A stretch of 64,000 nt of DNA from Tubulanus polymorphus. Taxonomy: Eukaryota > Animalia > Nemertea. The notes beneath the pieces were generated by a model, which had not been told where the DNA came from, did no database searches, and saw only the letters and a program-made list of their open reading frames with translations. The stretch lies in NCBI RefSeq assembly GCF_964204645.1, contig NC_134027.1, forward strand, positions 13,114,485 through 13,178,484. Direction: 5' to 3'. The position numbers and the translations under genes were made by a program. Of this stretch, positions 60,980 through 64,000 are shown piece after piece (positions within the stretch are counted from its first letter, which is position 1; every line of letters starts with the position of its first letter).

Positions 60980-62227
60980 ATGAGTGGGAGTTATATAAGT
61001 CCTTCTAAGATTTCTAGAATATCTAATGCTATTAAAGCAGAAAGATCACATCATATAATTACTCATAACCCTTCAAATATTAATCCCGATGAAACTTTAT
61101 ACGTTAGAATCCCTCGATTAACACAAAATACTTTTTATGTTCCAAATAGTATTTATTTATCAGCCGATATAAAAGTAATCGGTAATAATAATAATTATGT
61201 TGTTGATAATGTTGGAAGATATTTGATTAAAAAGTTAACAATAAAGATTGGTCCGGAAACAGTTTTCTCATTAGATGATTATAATTTATTTTCACATTAT
61301 AAAGATTTATGGTTAACAAAAGAAAATAGAAATAATATGATATTTCAAGGAATTCAATCAGAAAACCAAAATAAATTAAGATCTGAAGCCAATAACGCAG
61401 TAGTAAATAATGGCGTAGATAATTTGATTAAAAAGATTTATGGAAGCAAATATAAAATTCCATTAGATTTTGAATTGATAAATAATAATGCGCCTTTATA
61501 TAAATACGCAATTCAAGAAGATATTATATTTGAGATAACATTTGCTCCTGTAAATGAAATTGTATTATCTAGCGTTGTTAAAGATATGGGTTATAAATTA
61601 TCGAATATATGTTTAGAATATAACACAGTAACTAATGAAAATATTGCTAGCACAATTCAAACTCAATACAATCAAGGATTTTCATTATTATATGATTATA
61701 TTGATAAATTTAAAACTGTAACTATTAATGCAAATGATGAAATAATTAATGAGAATATTAACTTTCCTAGAAGATCTATTAAAGGTATATTAATATTTTT
61801 TACTATTGGAACGTATACTAATGGCGCAATAAATGTTGACAATTATTATAATCCTGAAATAACAAAAGTAGAAATAACTATCGAAGGTATAGCGAATAAA
61901 ATATTTTGTCAAGGAATGAGAATGATAGATCAATGGCAAGAAATTAGAAAACATTTTATGAATGAAAAAGTGAAATCATTTGAAAATTGTAACATTAATC
62001 AAATTGATTATTATACTGGTAATAAATATGCATTATGGTTAGATTTTAGAACAACTGAAGATAACTTATTACATGGTTCTGGAAAAAAACTACAAAATAC
62101 AAAAGATGGAATACAATTATTCATGAAAAAGAATAAAGGAATCAAAAATTTTAAAATGCACATTTATATTATATCTGACGCGCAATTAAATATTATAAAT
62201 TCACAATTAGATAGTATTCAATATTAG
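60980..62227 (+). CDS. Major capsid protein (double jelly-roll), 415 aa
   Basis: Size, beta-rich pattern (NPSNINPDETLYVRIP, YKIPLDF, ICLEY, RSIKGILIFF, LWLDFRT..LHGSG) and gene context. Confidence 0.8.
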   Translation: MSGSYISPSKISRISNAIKAERSHHIITHNPSNINPDETLYVRIPRLTQNTFYVPNSIYLSADIKVIGNNNNYVVDNVGRYLIKKLTIKIGPETVFSLDDYNLFSHYKDLWLTKENRNNMIFQGIQSENQNKLRSEANNAVVNNGVDNLIKKIYGSKYKIPLDFELINNNAPLYKYAIQEDIIFEITFAPVNEIVLSSVVKDMGYKLSNICLEYNTVTNENIASTIQTQYNQGFSLLYDYIDKFKTVTINANDEIINENINFPRRSIKGILIFFTIGTYTNGAINVDNYYNPEITKVEITIEGIANKIFCQGMRMIDQWQEIRKHFMNEKVKSFENCNINQIDYYTGNKYALWLDFRTTEDNLLHGSGKKLQNTKDGIQLFMKKNKGIKNFKMHIYIISDAQLNIINSQLDSIQY

Positions 62228-62257
62228 AAATATAAAGTTAAAATTAAGCGTATATAA

Positions 62258-63385
62258 ATGGGAGGTAAAAAATCTCCTAATACTAAAGAACAATATTTAA
62301 GAAATTTATATTACAACCCTGAGAGTTCGGTTGCTTATTCTTCTACTAAAAATATATGGCGTAAAGTAAAACAAGATAAATTAGATAAGATAATCCCACA
62401 AAATTTAGTTAAATATAAAGATATAAATGAATTTATGTTAGAACAACCAACGTATACAACACATAAAAAAATTGTTAGAAAATATAAAACTCGTAAAACT
62501 ATGGTAAGTTATGTAGATCAACAGTGGCAAGGAGATTTAATTGATATGAAAAATGTTAAGAAAGATAATGATGATTATTGGTGGTTATTGAATATAATTG
62601 ATATTTTTAGTCGTTATGTATGGAGCTTCCCACTTTATAGAAAAGATGCTGTACAAACATCAAATGTTTTAAGAAAATTTCTTTCGGATGATAAACTAAA
62701 ACCAGAAAAAATACAATTTGATGATGGAAAAGAATTTGATAATTCACTTGTTCATGAACTCTTAGATAATCATAATATTAAATATTTTTCAACAAAATCA
62801 GATAAAAAAGCAGCAGTTGTTGAACGATTTAATAGAACATTAAGAACAAGAATGTGGAAATATTTTACGGCAAATAATACTTTTAAATGGATTGATGTTT
62901 TACCAAAATTGATAGAAGGATATAATAATTCTTATCATTCTTCTATTGGAATGAAACCTATTGATGCTAGAAAATCTGAAAATGCTGAAATTGTTTGGAA
63001 TAATTTATATGGAGCATTTCTTATAGATGATTTTGGTGAACCTAAATTTAAAGTTGGTCAAAATGTTAGAATTTCTAAGTATAAAAAGATATTTGATAAA
63101 GGATACGATCGAAATTTTACTAGAGAAATATATAAAATAAAAAAGGTAATAACAACAAAACCATATGTCTATAAATTAGAAGATTTAGATGGTGAAGAAG
63201 TTGATGGCTACTTTTACGAAGAAGAATTAAGTTTAACTACTGAAAATCTAGAACAAGAATATAAAATTGAAAAAGTATTAAAAACAAAAACTATTAAAAG
63301 AAAAAAATATTCTTTAGTAAAATGGGTTGGATGGCCAGATAAATTTAATGAATGGATATTATCAAGTAAAATTAAAAATATATAA
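62258..63385 (+). CDS. RVE integrase with C-terminal chromodomain
   Basis: WQGDLIDM / IQFDDGKEF / VVERFNRTL (DDE); YKIEKVL..VKWVGWPDKFNEWI. Confidence 0.95.
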   Translation: MGGKKSPNTKEQYLRNLYYNPESSVAYSSTKNIWRKVKQDKLDKIIPQNLVKYKDINEFMLEQPTYTTHKKIVRKYKTRKTMVSYVDQQWQGDLIDMKNVKKDNDDYWWLLNIIDIFSRYVWSFPLYRKDAVQTSNVLRKFLSDDKLKPEKIQFDDGKEFDNSLVHELLDNHNIKYFSTKSDKKAAVVERFNRTLRTRMWKYFTANNTFKWIDVLPKLIEGYNNSYHSSIGMKPIDARKSENAEIVWNNLYGAFLIDDFGEPKFKVGQNVRISKYKKIFDKGYDRNFTREIYKIKKVITTKPYVYKLEDLDGEEVDGYFYEEELSLTTENLEQEYKIEKVLKTKTIKRKKYSLVKWVGWPDKFNEWILSSKIKNI

Positions 63386-63994
63386 ATGAATAAGGAATTA
63401 TTCATATTTGAGCCTCATAATATGTTAATTTCTGGTGTAACAAATTGTGGAAAAACGTATTTTATATTAAATTTATTAGAAACTGTTTACAAAAACTATT
63501 TTGATAATATAGTATTATTTTGTCCAACATATGAATTTAATCAAACTTATGATAGAAATATTACTAGGAATAATAAATTTATTATATTAGATCCTAAAAC
63601 AGTAAAAGAAAATTTAGATAATTGTATTAAAATAGCAATTGATATTTATAAAGGATCAAATACATTATTCATTATAGATGATTGTGCTAATCTACATGAT
63701 TCAAAAGTTAGAGAAAGTGAGTTATGCTATTTAGCTTTCTCTGGGAGACATTTTGGGATAACAACTTGGGTTTTAAATCAAAAATATAATTCAATTGTTA
63801 AAGACTTTAGAGAAAACATTAGATTTCTAGTTTTATTCTACAATAAAGATAGAAAATCAATGAAAAATGCACTTGAGGAAAATGATATTATTCCACATGA
63901 TTTACATAATGAATATATGGATGAGTTGAAAAATATTAAAAGATCAAAATTACTATTTAGATTACAACACCCATTTAAATATGAATTTATTTAA
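63386..63994 (+). CDS. A32/FtsK-like packaging ATPase
   Basis: GVTNCGKT, FIIDD, SGRH. Confidence 0.93.
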   Translation: MNKELFIFEPHNMLISGVTNCGKTYFILNLLETVYKNYFDNIVLFCPTYEFNQTYDRNITRNNKFIILDPKTVKENLDNCIKIAIDIYKGSNTLFIIDDCANLHDSKVRESELCYLAFSGRHFGITTWVLNQKYNSIVKDFRENIRFLVLFYNKDRKSMKNALEENDIIPHDLHNEYMDELKNIKRSKLLFRLQHPFKYEFI

Positions 63995-64000
63995 ATTCAA

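Larger units (their letters stand above)
49163..64000 (+). mobile_element. Polinton/Maverick element C, apparently intact (right end outside the window)
   Basis: Starts AGTAATTAG (homologous to the 36509 and 14230 termini); 12 tightly packed uninterrupted ORFs with the hallmark genes. Confidence 0.95.

Noticed and set aside
49163-64000. Bacterial prophage or free giant-virus contig
   Set aside because: Flanks are intron-containing eukaryotic transposons; pPolB plus RVE integrase-chromodomain and AGT termini define a Polinton; no Shine-Dalgarno pattern.

Overview
AT-rich eukaryotic (probably invertebrate animal) DNA made almost entirely of mobile elements; no host gene is recognisable. Three related Polinton/Maverick (polintovirus-type) elements dominate. 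Element A (1-14230, mostly minus strand) is pseudogenised and ends in a 418-bp hairpin. Element B (32595-36509) is a chimera of two pol-proximal ends fused head-out. Element C (49163 to beyond 64000) is apparently intact: protein-primed DNA polymerase B, zinc-finger protein, penton, several small/membrane proteins, major capsid protein, RVE integrase with chromodomain, and packaging ATPase. The key observation is a 355-aa full-length intein with a LAGLIDADG homing endonuclease (52794-53858) in the catalytic YFD|TDS motif of C's polymerase, while the same site in A's polymerase (10098/10099) is empty. An intein-plus and an intein-minus allele therefore sit in one window of a metazoan-like genome. 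Nearly all Polinton genes start with an AATTTTT..ATAAATG motif, reminiscent of poxvirus late promoters. Between the Polintons lie decayed CACTA/EnSpm, PIF/Harbinger (one complete with TIRs and TTA TSD), hAT, CR1/L2-like LINE, SINE-like and MITE sequences. All family calls are from motif recognition by eye; no searches were run.
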